The notes below the pieces were generated by a model. The model was given only the letters and a program-made list of their open reading frames with translations. It ran no database searches and was not told the origin of the DNA. DNA of 64,000 bases from a virus: IMG/VR virus record IMGVR_UViG_3300035181_001203, positions 1 through 64,000 of that record; one strand, 5' to 3'. The translations under genes were made by a program, and so were the position numbers. Positions 26,231 through 36,329 of the stretch are shown here, one piece after another. Position 1 is the first letter of the stretch, and each line of letters starts with the position of its first letter.

Positions 26231-28723
26231 TTAACCCATAATGATTACTGTATATGTTCCGGAACCTGGGACACCATACCCAAATGAAAGGGTTATATCT
26301 CTTGTTGTATAGTTAATTGCAACGTCACACTGAACTTCTTGCGTTGAATTCGTTGTAGCTAAGTTTGTATCATAAACTTTAACAATCATATATTGATTTG
26401 TAATACCATGTGTTGCGCCGGTAATTGAGAATGTTGGACCAGCACCAGTAATAGTTGTTGTGAATTTTTTAACTGGAGTGAAAGCTAATGCTGTTGTAAT
26501 ATCAGTTGAAGTTAAAGCGGCAAATGTTGGAGCACCACCTGATACTTGTCTTAAGAAGTTGTTTGTAGAAGTAGTATTTACAGCAGTATAGGCAATTAAG
26601 CCAGAAGCGGCATTAGCATAAGGAACACCATACTGAGCAGGAGCACTAGTATAATAAAGCAATGTACCAGAGGCGCCTGGAAGTGTGATCGTAGCATTAG
26701 CACTAGAAGCTAAGGTTGTGACAAATGCACCAGTAGTTGCTAAGGTTGCGCCAGCGGCAATGCTTAAAGTTGCGTTTGAACCACCAGTAGGAGTAATTAC
26801 CAGGGTTGACCAATAAGGCGCACCGGCAGTTGCACCAGCTAAAGCTAAGTTTGCTGTTCCCGGTAAAGCAAGTCTGCTAATTGTTGTTGTTGTATCGTGA
26901 TAAAGAATACCATATTGAAGATAAGTTGTCGAAGCATTAACTTTAACACTTAATGTATCACCAGTAATATCAATACCATTACCAGCAGTTAATGTTGCTC
27001 CACCATTGAACTTAACAAAGGTTAAACCAGTTGTTCCTAAAGTAATTGGTCCTGGAGTGCTTAATACCCACTGACTTCTACCAGCAGTAGTTCCTTCTTC
27101 AACATAAACATACATACCAGTAGTAACTTTAGCAGAAGTATCCGCATCAGTTGCTCTAGTCCATACACCATTAGACCCAGTACCTAAAGTAGTTACAACG
27201 TAAATACCATTTTCAGCCGGAGCAGTTTGATTCTTAACAAGAATACGATCATTAGCTGCAAGTGTAACACCATCTAATGTATTAGGTGCCGCAGAAGCTA
27301 CTGTTACGTTTGCAGTAGTAGCTGCACGAACAGATTGTTTCCAATCATTTAAACCTAATGCAATATTATCTACATATGTTTTATTAACTACATCGGTACC
27401 AAGTGTAGGCGTAAAGTTAAGAATTAATTTATTACTACTATTAAGAGTAATTGTAGGATCTGTTCCCATTACAGGTGAACCTGTTCCGGTAGCAGTTGTC
27501 CATGCTGGAGCAGCAGCATTTGATGATTGTGTTAATACTGAAAGAGCCGCTGGAGCAGTAATATAATAGATAGCATTAGAAGTATTTGCCGCATAAACTA
27601 ATTGATTATTAGCTCCAGGGGCAGCGGTATTGTAGACCATATTCGCGGTTGCCACAGGAGGCAATGCTAATGTTAAGTTAGCACTCTGAGTTAAACTAGT
27701 AGAGAATGCGCCTGTTGTAGCAAAAGCATTAGAGAATGATACAGCAAAAGCTGGAATAGTTAATGAGCCAGAAGCAGGTAATGTTAAAGTTCCTGCTGAC
27801 CAATTTGGAGCAGCATTATTAGCACCTGATAAGAATACTCTACCAGCAGCACCGGGCTGAGCTACAAATGATGTAGTATCAGTAGCAGATTGATAAGGAA
27901 TACCCCAAGCTGCACCAACTAAATTAGTTGCCTTAGCAACTGTTAAAGTATTAGCATTTGTCCATACTGGAGCAACTGCTGCTGAACCAGTAGGAGTTTC
28001 AGTCAAGATATAAGTACCGGCTACCGTAGGACCAGCTAAACGAGTTGCAGCGCCAGAAGCGCCACCATATAACAAATCGCCTAATGTAGTCATTGGATTT
28101 TGGAATCCATTGGCTACCCATGATCTTACACCATCTGTAGTAGATGAAAGAACATATCCTGAAGTTGCTGGATTACCTAAAGCCGCTTCATAAGCAGTTG
28201 CGGCTGTAAATGCAGCAGTTCCTAGCGTTCCACCAGCACCAATATTAAGAGTTGATGAGTCTGTACCAGCAAGAGTTAATGTATTTGATACTGTTAAAGT
28301 TTTTGTGGTAGTTGAACCACCAGTAATCGCAAATCCGGTAGTGTTTGGTAAGATTGTGCAATTACTAAATAAAGGTCTAGTAGCAGAAGCTACTAAAATA
28401 GCCCCTGGGACTGTAGAAGTTACAGCAGCAGGGACACCAGTATTATCATGAGCTAGGATACCACTATTTATAGCTATTCCAGCTAGTGTAGATGAGTTGG
28501 CCCAATATGAAGCATAATTGGTTCCACCAGTTCCACTAAGCGTTCCACTTGCAGAAGTAAGAAATGATACCCATGTTCCATTCAAATACGCATTGAATGT
28601 ATGAGTAGTTGTATTAGTATAGATCATACCTTCTTGCGGAGAAGAAGGTGCGGCAGTTGCTTGATGAACTACAGCATTTAATAATTGATTACCATTAAAA
28701 TTATAATTTGTTCCAATTAACAT
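26231..28723 (-). CDS. Fibre protein
   Basis: WKQSVRAATTAN...DGVTLAANDRILVKNQ...ENGIYVV...WTRATDAD module common in phage fibres. Confidence 0.75.
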   Translation of the reverse strand: MLIGTNYNFNGNQLLNAVVHQATAAPSSPQEGMIYTNTTTHTFNAYLNGTWVSFLTSASGTLSGTGGTNYASYWANSSTLAGIAINSGILAHDNTGVPAAVTSTVPGAILVASATRPLFSNCTILPNTTGFAITGGSTTTKTLTVSNTLTLAGTDSSTLNIGAGGTLGTAAFTAATAYEAALGNPATSGYVLSSTTDGVRSWVANGFQNPMTTLGDLLYGGASGAATRLAGPTVAGTYILTETPTGSAAVAPVWTNANTLTVAKATNLVGAAWGIPYQSATDTTSFVAQPGAAGRVFLSGANNAAPNWSAGTLTLPASGSLTIPAFAVSFSNAFATTGAFSTSLTQSANLTLALPPVATANMVYNTAAPGANNQLVYAANTSNAIYYITAPAALSVLTQSSNAAAPAWTTATGTGSPVMGTDPTITLNSSNKLILNFTPTLGTDVVNKTYVDNIALGLNDWKQSVRAATTANVTVASAAPNTLDGVTLAANDRILVKNQTAPAENGIYVVTTLGTGSNGVWTRATDADTSAKVTTGMYVYVEEGTTAGRSQWVLSTPGPITLGTTGLTFVKFNGGATLTAGNGIDITGDTLSVKVNASTTYLQYGILYHDTTTTISRLALPGTANLALAGATAGAPYWSTLVITPTGGSNATLSIAAGATLATTGAFVTTLASSANATITLPGASGTLLYYTSAPAQYGVPYANAASGLIAYTAVNTTSTNNFLRQVSGGAPTFAALTSTDITTALAFTPVKKFTTTITGAGPTFSITGATHGITNQYMIVKVYDTNLATTNSTQEVQCDVAINYTTRDITLSFGYGVPGSGTYTVIIMG

Positions 28724-28735
28724 TAAGTACTCCTG

Positions 28736-29152
28736 CTAACTTAAATATGCTTTGCCTGAAAACGATCCGGTAAATGATACAATAACATTATTTAAATCAA
28801 CGTATTGTATATCTCCTACTATAACATTATTTCCTGAATCTGTCACTATGACCCCTGGGAACTTATTTAAGTTATGATTAATACTCCAAACAGCAGAACC
28901 GATAATTTGATTATGTATATATTCTTGAGCAATACTTGTTAATTGTGCCCATGTAACTAAATCAGATTCTAAAATATATTTTTTACCATCTTCCTGAACA
29001 AATACTACCATTCCATACTTTAAATTATCTGCCGGAATACTATTACGTTCGGCTAAAGTAGCACATATACGATATGATCCTCTTAGATTTTTATCATCTA
29101 AAAGTGCAAATTGACCTTTGGGAACAATTTCTGAAATCAATGAAATTGGCAT
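28736..29152 (-). CDS. Fibre-associated structural protein
   Basis: WSINHNLNKFPGV motif typical of small fibre-associated proteins. Confidence 0.6.
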   Translation of the reverse strand: MPISLISEIVPKGQFALLDDKNLRGSYRICATLAERNSIPADNLKYGMVVFVQEDGKKYILESDLVTWAQLTSIAQEYIHNQIIGSAVWSINHNLNKFPGVIVTDSGNNVIVGDIQYVDLNNVIVSFTGSFSGKAYLS

Positions 29153-29241
29153 TTAGCACCTAAAATTTTCTAATAGGAATCTTATTATTTTTATAAAAAC
29201 AATATCTACATCAATTCCAAGATTATCTTTTATCCATTCTC

Positions 29242-30408
29242 TCATACAATACTCACAGTTACTACACCTAATCCAGAATTATCACTTCTCCATAAATCAT
29301 ATCCGATTGTAACGCCATAAGTATTTGTGATTTGAAGATTACTTGAAATTAATTGAAATCCACCTTCAAAACCACCAACATAAAATGTAGGAATTCCAAA
29401 AGAAGATGGAATAGCTAAAAAAATGTACTCATTAGGATTTGCTGTTACTGTAAATGTTTGTATAAGATTATTTGATAATATAGAATTTTGTAATTGTGTA
29501 ATTGAAGTTCCGATTATTCCAGTTCCCCAAAATTTTCTTGGTAGCCATGATATTGATAATGATGCAGTTTTTACATTATTATCTAAATCATGAGCTTCTA
29601 AAGTAAAAGTTACTGAAGTTTGATTATAATTAGTATAAGTTCCAGGGGATGTGAATGAGTTGTATGGTGGTGCGAGTGGAATCCAACTATTCAAAACTGA
29701 ATCTTTAAGACGGGCTGACGAAAGTGAAGAATTATAGCTTGCAGAAAAAATGATATTACTAATAGACTGTCCTAATTCTGCATTTTGGACTGAAGATGTG
29801 AAAGAATTGATCGCAAAGGCTGGAGCCAGATCCGACACACTTAATTTTTTCCATAGAGTCTTACTCCCATCATTGAACAGCCAGGTATTCGGGCTACCTG
29901 TAATTGGTGGTAAATTACCGCTATTTCCATCCCCATCCTCAAGATCAATTGGAGTCTGAGGATCAAAAATGAACTCATTATAATTCACCATGCGACCAAC
30001 AACCACTAACCAACGATCACCGTTAATTAATGATGGTCGCACAAATGTTAATTTTCCATCTTGTCCTAAATAAAGAGTATCAATAGTAGATGGAATAATT
30101 TGAGAGTTAGTTGAATAATTTTTTCCATGTATTAAAGCTGCTCTAACAGTTTGACCACTTAATCCAGCTTCAAGAGTAACGCAATCTACATATGGAACTT
30201 TTCTATAAGTTAATACTGGTAAATTATTTGAGGAAACTGGTATTGCAGTACAATCAACTAAAGCACAACAAGTATTAATATCAGTATTTTGGAATAATGT
30301 AACATAATCTATTACTACAGAAGTAATCGGGAGCCCTAATGTATCTCCCGATTTAGCTTCTGTAATTTGTTTAGTTCCAGCATCAAAATAAAGTGGCTTA
30401 ATTTCCAT
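29242..30408 (-). CDS. Virion decoration/structural protein
   Basis: N-terminal domain paralogous to 35116-35958 (LEAG.SGQ.V, LYL..DG.L, NGDRW). Confidence 0.55.
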   Translation of the reverse strand: MEIKPLYFDAGTKQITEAKSGDTLGLPITSVVIDYVTLFQNTDINTCCALVDCTAIPVSSNNLPVLTYRKVPYVDCVTLEAGLSGQTVRAALIHGKNYSTNSQIIPSTIDTLYLGQDGKLTFVRPSLINGDRWLVVVGRMVNYNEFIFDPQTPIDLEDGDGNSGNLPPITGSPNTWLFNDGSKTLWKKLSVSDLAPAFAINSFTSSVQNAELGQSISNIIFSASYNSSLSSARLKDSVLNSWIPLAPPYNSFTSPGTYTNYNQTSVTFTLEAHDLDNNVKTASLSISWLPRKFWGTGIIGTSITQLQNSILSNNLIQTFTVTANPNEYIFLAIPSSFGIPTFYVGGFEGGFQLISSNLQITNTYGVTIGYDLWRSDNSGLGVVTVSIV

Positions 30409-30419
30409 TCAAAATTCCA

Positions 30420-30638
30420 TTAGAATATTAAAAACATTCTTGTTGCATCATAACTAGATGGTGTATAACTTACAGTAAACGCTAAATTCTTACCGCCAAA
30501 TGTAAGATTGATATCTTGACTATAAATGGTATCTATTAATACTTGAAAAGATTTTTTATCAAATCTAAGTAAAGCGGAAGTGCCACTCGGATTACCAGTG
30601 ACTTGAAATCCACCATGAAATTGAAGCGATGATGCCAT
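30420..30638 (-). CDS. Hypothetical protein
   Basis: 72-aa ORF tightly packed in the operon. Confidence 0.5.
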   Translation of the reverse strand: MASSLQFHGGFQVTGNPSGTSALLRFDKKSFQVLIDTIYSQDINLTFGGKNLAFTVSYTPSSYDATRMFLIF

Positions 30639-30639
30639 A

Positions 30640-32799
30640 TTATGATACTACGGTTAATTTTGGATATACAGCAACACCATTAGGTAAACCAGCGGTGGGT
30701 CTAAATCTTCTACGTAATCCAATTGTATTCGTTCCTAGTCCTGCTGTCCATGCAGAACCATTCCAGTATTCAAATACACCATTTGTAGTAGAAGATGAAG
30801 ATTGAGTTAATACATCAGCGTTAGTATCAGAACGATAATAATCAATTTGCATAACATTAGGGAATACGCTAAATGAAGTTGATTGAATAAATCCAGTAGT
30901 TCCGTCTGTTGAAGAACTATCATCCATATTCCATCGAAGCGCGGAAGGTATATCATCCTGAACTTCATAAATTACATATAATCCAAATATTCTGGCTGGA
31001 ATACAAGTTAAGCTAAGAATCTTAAACTCAAATTTAAACTGAATAGAAGTAGCCGCAGTAATACCAGACATATCAAAATTAGCTGGTAGAAGAGTCCATG
31101 CACCACTATTATCTGTAATACCACTTGTTCTATAATAAACTTTATAACCTTCTGGAGAAATACCTAATGTATCACCACCAATATTCTGAGCTTCATTTAC
31201 ACAAAGCCTCCAGAACTTAGAAGCTCCCGGTGTTTGAATTGCAGGAGTAATATAAACATTATAGGGTGCTTTATTTTGATAACCCCAATGCGCTGCAATA
31301 GGAATTAAATAGATTTGATTTAGTGCAGCAGTTGTTCCATGCCTTGCTAATACACATAAACCACCATCTGCATAGGTTGTCATAAGAGTAGAATCGGTTG
31401 ATGGATATGGATAAGCAGTAGCATCAGATGAAGATTGGTGCTGAACCTTGCTATCACCTAACCAAATATGATCAAGTTGAGAAGAATCAGTTCTATATTG
31501 AGTTACATAAGATTTAAAAGCGGTTGCTGAACTTGATATCCAACCAAGCCTATCGAGACTATCAAAAAATTCAAGACTACTCATTGAGTTTGTAGCTGGA
31601 ATTGTATTAGTACTTCCTGGAGGAACTTCTACCATTGAATCAGCTAAAAATGTAGTTGAACCACTTGTTATAGAAGTCAGTGGACAACGATATAATCTGG
31701 TAGTGGTAGTAAAATATAAACAGTTAACACCAGAACCAGCGCCATGATTAAGTGTTGCAATTCTACAATTAAAGTTTTGTGATACGTTTCCAGTAACAGT
31801 AGGTGCTCCTGTAACAAATTGATAAGCTGTAAGATCAACACCAGAAGAAAGAGTAAGGGCTTTTTTAACATTATAAACATAAAACTTAGCTGTAGTAGAA
31901 GACCCATCTAACACATAAAGATTCTGAGTCAAATTATCTGCGGATACAGCATCTAAAGCAAAACCAGCCGCAGTTGTATTTGTAATAGTTGAAGCATCTT
32001 TTAACCAATATACCGCTCTTAAATTATCTGTAGAAGAAGCTAACGCTATTGCATTTGCTGTTGAAGTTAATGACCAACAAGCTGAGGATAGACTTAATCC
32101 TTTAATTACGCGAATACCACCATCAGTAGTAGTTGCATTAGTAGTAGCTACAATTAAACTATAATCTTCAATGATATATGGAGTTCCGGCTGCAATTGTT
32201 CCTGCTGACGAAGCTAAGGTTAAACTGGAATCGGATGTTATAGCTGTAGCAGGAGCAATATCATACCAAGTTGTAATATTATCGGGATTAGTTGAACCAA
32301 AACCAATTCTTGCACCCGCATTAATACGTTTTGTAAACCAATCAGTTCCAGTTCCAGTTACAGCAGTTCCAGAAACGGCTACAGTTCCAGTAGATGTTGT
32401 GCTTCTCTGTAATCGAATAGCACGAACGGTAGCAGCAGTAGGCCAAGTAAATGAGATCGCACCAGAATAGGTTAAAGTATTAGCAGAAAGATCATAGATA
32501 TATAACATGAAGTTTCTAAGTGTAGCAGCAGTTGAAATATCAGCTAATACAATGGCCCATTTAGTACTACTGATTTTTAACATATGCGGAAATCCACCTG
32601 GTTTAGCAATAGTAGATTCCATTGGCCTACCAACCATAATAGGAAGTGGACCAATAAACGGTGTTGTCCCTGTCCAAGAATCAGTCCCTTGAAAAAACAC
32701 AGGACCATAATTATGTTTAGTCGAATCATAATTATTCGCATCTGTTAAAGGAAATCTAACAGCATTCCCAGTCATTAATAATTCGACAGCCGTTTTCAT
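30640..32799 (-). CDS. Large beta-rich virion/fibre protein
   Basis: STGTVAVSGTAVTGTGT fibre motif; T/S-rich. Confidence 0.6.
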   Translation of the reverse strand: MKTAVELLMTGNAVRFPLTDANNYDSTKHNYGPVFFQGTDSWTGTTPFIGPLPIMVGRPMESTIAKPGGFPHMLKISSTKWAIVLADISTAATLRNFMLYIYDLSANTLTYSGAISFTWPTAATVRAIRLQRSTTSTGTVAVSGTAVTGTGTDWFTKRINAGARIGFGSTNPDNITTWYDIAPATAITSDSSLTLASSAGTIAAGTPYIIEDYSLIVATTNATTTDGGIRVIKGLSLSSACWSLTSTANAIALASSTDNLRAVYWLKDASTITNTTAAGFALDAVSADNLTQNLYVLDGSSTTAKFYVYNVKKALTLSSGVDLTAYQFVTGAPTVTGNVSQNFNCRIATLNHGAGSGVNCLYFTTTTRLYRCPLTSITSGSTTFLADSMVEVPPGSTNTIPATNSMSSLEFFDSLDRLGWISSSATAFKSYVTQYRTDSSQLDHIWLGDSKVQHQSSSDATAYPYPSTDSTLMTTYADGGLCVLARHGTTAALNQIYLIPIAAHWGYQNKAPYNVYITPAIQTPGASKFWRLCVNEAQNIGGDTLGISPEGYKVYYRTSGITDNSGAWTLLPANFDMSGITAATSIQFKFEFKILSLTCIPARIFGLYVIYEVQDDIPSALRWNMDDSSSTDGTTGFIQSTSFSVFPNVMQIDYYRSDTNADVLTQSSSSTTNGVFEYWNGSAWTAGLGTNTIGLRRRFRPTAGLPNGVAVYPKLTVVS

Positions 32800-32800
32800 A

Positions 32801-33241
32801 TTAATATCCCTTTGCTACAGCGATTAACAAAGCTTTGGAAAGTGAAGAATTGTATTGAAATCCAAGAATATCTGTCTTGTTTGCAGTTGTGTTTCCTGAA
32901 TAAGAAAGAATATCTGCACCATAACCAATACCAGTTCCTAATGTTACAACTCGACCACCAGTTCCATCTTGTAGCAATTCCAGGGTGAATTTCTGTCCGT
33001 CTGATCCACCAGTAAAGTTAATAGTACAGGAACCAGTTAATGTAATTCTAGCTACCGGAGTTGTGATTGTGGTTAGATCAATATTAATAGTAGTTGCATA
33101 AGATATGGTAGTTACACCTAAACTACCACCTGGAGGCGCAGCCCAGGTTCCATCTGCTCTTAAAAAATTGGTTGTTCCACCACCCGAAGGTGGAACTAAA
33201 CCTTTTAAGACACTAGTGAATAAATTACCAAAATAACTCAT
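32801..33241 (-). CDS. Fibre-associated protein
   Basis: GLVPPSGGGTTNFLRADGTWAAP and QDGTGGR motifs. Confidence 0.6.
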   Translation of the reverse strand: MSYFGNLFTSVLKGLVPPSGGGTTNFLRADGTWAAPPGGSLGVTTISYATTINIDLTTITTPVARITLTGSCTINFTGGSDGQKFTLELLQDGTGGRVVTLGTGIGYGADILSYSGNTTANKTDILGFQYNSSLSKALLIAVAKGY

Positions 33242-33244
33242 TTA

Positions 33245-34636
33245 TTAGATGATGTACCAAGCAGTTCCATTATAGACGATTGTAATAGAATTCCACTGAG
33301 CAGTAAGTGTAAATGAAGCGGCACCATCAATATTTTTACCATTACCATTAATTGTAATAGCGTTATTAGTAGCGTCAATTTTCTTAAAAGTCATACACTG
33401 ATTTGTAACTGGAGCAGCTAATAAAGTAATAGTAAATGCACCACTAGTAGCATCACAAAGGATACATTTATCTGTTACTAATGTTGGATTATAAGTTGCA
33501 GATTTGGTCTGAGTAGGAAGAAGACCTAAGTTACCTTGATACTGTAATTTCTGGAAAGCTTGAAGAATTGTATCAGTAGCCGCTAATTGGGTAGAGTCTG
33601 TACCAAGAGCAAAACCAGTTAACGTTTTACCAACTACCGTAGCAGCCGATAATGTAGTAGTCATACCAGTTGAAGTAACATCACCGGTTAAGTTACCAGT
33701 AAATCCTGTAGCATTGCCGCTTAATGTACCAACGAAAGTTGTTGATGTGATTGAGGTCATGCCAGCTAACACTGTCTGAGTGCCTGAACTAGCATTAATC
33801 TTTAATGAAGTAGTACCTAAGAAAAAAGATTGATCAACAGCCGCTACGGTAACAGCACCAGTTTGACCATTAACTGAGATAACATCAGGTGAACCACCTT
33901 CAATCTTATCCCAAGTTGTACCATCAAATGCAATAATGTCACCAACTGACCAATTATTATTTCCGTCAATTGTAGTATTACCAGCTACCGAAACTTTATA
34001 GTAATAACCTTTAGTTCCTGTTCCACTTACTAATGTTGGTGAGTTTGTAGAGGCATTCCAAGTGCCTTGATAATTCATCCCACCAACTATTGAGGCAGGT
34101 AATTGAGCAAGAGCTACTTTTCCGGTTCCATCTAATCCGCAAATACCATTATTACTATTTATTAATGTCCATACTGGAGCAGCAGAAGCGGTACCTGTAC
34201 CAGTTTGAGTTAATACTGCCATTGTTGTAGAAGTATTACCAGCTAATCGAGCCGCCGCAGGAGTAGCATTTTCATACATAATATCACCCAATGTATTCAT
34301 TGGGTTAGTGAAACCGGCTGTCATTGCAATCCAGCTTCTTACTCCACTAGTAGTTGAGCTTAATACCCAGCCATTAGTACTTGGATTACCTAATGCGGGT
34401 TCAAATGCACTTGAAGCTAAGAATGCAGCGGTTCCTAAAGTTCCGCCTGGACCTATATTTAGAGTTAACGAATCAGCAGAAGCATCTAATGTAATAGTTT
34501 TATTAACTTGTAGAGTTTTGCTAACTGTTCCACCGGCTAATGTAAAACCAGAAGCAAGTGCATTAAGCGTTAAGTTATTAAAACTTCCAGCAGTTACGTT
34601 CCCAATAAAAATAGGACTATTAGGGATATATGACAT
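33245..34636 (-). CDS. Fibre protein
   Basis: YQGTWNASTNSPTL...GYYYKVSVAG; C-terminal CDATSGAFTITL...KKID module. Confidence 0.7.
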   Translation of the reverse strand: MSYIPNSPIFIGNVTAGSFNNLTLNALASGFTLAGGTVSKTLQVNKTITLDASADSLTLNIGPGGTLGTAAFLASSAFEPALGNPSTNGWVLSSTTSGVRSWIAMTAGFTNPMNTLGDIMYENATPAAARLAGNTSTTMAVLTQTGTGTASAAPVWTLINSNNGICGLDGTGKVALAQLPASIVGGMNYQGTWNASTNSPTLVSGTGTKGYYYKVSVAGNTTIDGNNNWSVGDIIAFDGTTWDKIEGGSPDVISVNGQTGAVTVAAVDQSFFLGTTSLKINASSGTQTVLAGMTSITSTTFVGTLSGNATGFTGNLTGDVTSTGMTTTLSAATVVGKTLTGFALGTDSTQLAATDTILQAFQKLQYQGNLGLLPTQTKSATYNPTLVTDKCILCDATSGAFTITLLAAPVTNQCMTFKKIDATNNAITINGNGKNIDGAASFTLTAQWNSITIVYNGTAWYII

Positions 34637-34648
34637 GATTAAATCCTT

Positions 34649-35110
34649 TTAGAATAAAAACCAATTTCCATTAAAAAATACCAAATCAAAAGCGTTACTA
34701 TTTAATAATATATAAGAAGTTTGTTTTTCAATTGTGTCTGAACTATAAGGAATAAATGTGACTGTTCCAGTACCAACATTTCTTAATCTATACTTCTGAT
34801 TATTAATTCCCTTTGGTAAAAATATATTACAATCAATAGGAGAATTAATAATAGCAGCATTTTGAGCATTAGATAATACGGTAGTTCCAGTTAAATATTC
34901 GATTCTTAATAAATTATCTTTAGCAAGCATTTGTGATTGTAATTTTTGAAAGGCAATTAAAATTTGATCTAAACTTGATAATGGAGTTTCATCTGAAGTA
35001 GTAGTAAGACCAGTTAAAGGTGTAGAAAGAACAATATCACCAATATTTGAAGGTGATAAGGCAACTTCTTCAAACTGATCATTATTATCTAACGTTAAAA
35101 CCTTTTGCAT
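34649..35110 (-). CDS. Fibre-associated protein
   Basis: DQILIAFQKLQ shared with the 33245 gene. Confidence 0.55.
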   Translation of the reverse strand: MQKVLTLDNNDQFEEVALSPSNIGDIVLSTPLTGLTTTSDETPLSSLDQILIAFQKLQSQMLAKDNLLRIEYLTGTTVLSNAQNAAIINSPIDCNIFLPKGINNQKYRLRNVGTGTVTFIPYSSDTIEKQTSYILLNSNAFDLVFFNGNWFLF

Positions 35111-35115
35111 AATAT

Positions 35116-35958
35116 CTACCGTGCAAGCTTGATTGAAGGTCGAGGATCAAAAATAAAGTAATTAGTATTACCAATTGATCTACCTACAAAACACGAATAT
35201 GTTGCATTTGTATCTCTTGGAGTTGCGATTACACCAAGGTTATTTAAAAAGTATAATTGATCTGAAGTAAAAAAGAAAGGAGTAAGATACGCCTGATTCT
35301 TGATTCTTGCTACTTTTACTTCTTGATTTGCGACCCCAGCCTCTAAAGTAAGTCCATCAATAAAAGGAAAATTTAAATCATTTGCCTTAACGTTATGAGC
35401 CAATCCATCTGCCATAATCTTAAAACAAGAAAGTGCTGCCATAGGTTCAAATAATGATAATTTATCTAACGATGGATCTGGATACGGACTAGGGGGAACT
35501 ATTCCACCTGGATTTAATAGATCCAGGGGTGGATGTGGATCAAAGATAAAACTATAAGCGTTTACTCTCCGTCCAACATAAACATACCAACGATCACCGT
35601 TTGAAATAGATGGTTCAACTAGTGAAAGTAATCCATTTTTATCAAGATAAAGATTATCGGTTAATATTGTTGGATCAAAAACTGCTTGATTAAATGTATA
35701 TTGCATCCCTTTGACGCGAGCTATATTAACTCGCTGTCCAGATCTTCCTGCTTCTAAAACAACTCCATCAACAATAGGAGTACTTCGAGTTACTATATTA
35801 TTATTATAATTTGAATTTAACTGTATAGCAGAATAATCAACAGAAGCAACGCAGGCTGCTATCGGCATATCAGTAAATAAAACTGCATCTAAATAAGAAT
35901 CAGAAGGTGGGATATCACCTTCTAACATTCCGGTAATAGGATTATATTGAATAATCAT
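35116..35958 (-). CDS. Decoration/cement-like protein with internal duplication
   Basis: Two repeats of IDG.xLEAG...V..ARxK...GR...FIFDP. Confidence 0.55.
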   Translation of the reverse strand: MIIQYNPITGMLEGDIPPSDSYLDAVLFTDMPIAACVASVDYSAIQLNSNYNNNIVTRSTPIVDGVVLEAGRSGQRVNIARVKGMQYTFNQAVFDPTILTDNLYLDKNGLLSLVEPSISNGDRWYVYVGRRVNAYSFIFDPHPPLDLLNPGGIVPPSPYPDPSLDKLSLFEPMAALSCFKIMADGLAHNVKANDLNFPFIDGLTLEAGVANQEVKVARIKNQAYLTPFFFTSDQLYFLNNLGVIATPRDTNATYSCFVGRSIGNTNYFIFDPRPSIKLAR

Positions 35959-36329
35959 TGGCTCAACATTATTAAATCGCTAGGTGCGATAAATAGTTTA
36001 GTAGGAGTAAGAGCTATGCCAATTTTTCTTAATGTTTGCCCATAATTAGATTGAGTTATCATTCCAGAGCTATATAGATATACTGGTTGCAATGGAGTAA
36101 AAGACCAAGCTAAGTTTTCAATAATACCAAATAAACAAACATCAACAAATGACCCAGCAAAGTTAGCTGTTAATGAAATACCTAAAAAATTAGAAACTGA
36201 TGTAACGTCAGGCCAATTTGTGTTTACTATTTCTCCAGTAGATAATACAGATACAGCCGCAAATGCTGGAATAGTTTCTCCAGCTTTAAACGAATCCATT
36301 ACTATTCGTGAACTATTTACATCGGCCAT
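35955..36329 (-). CDS. Capsid cement/decoration-like protein
   Basis: AGETIPAFAAV...LGIS...WSFTPLQPVYL..SG.IT pattern. Confidence 0.55.
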   Translation of the reverse strand: MADVNSSRIVMDSFKAGETIPAFAAVSVLSTGEIVNTNWPDVTSVSNFLGISLTANFAGSFVDVCLFGIIENLAWSFTPLQPVYLYSSGMITQSNYGQTLRKIGIALTPTKLFIAPSDLIMLSQ

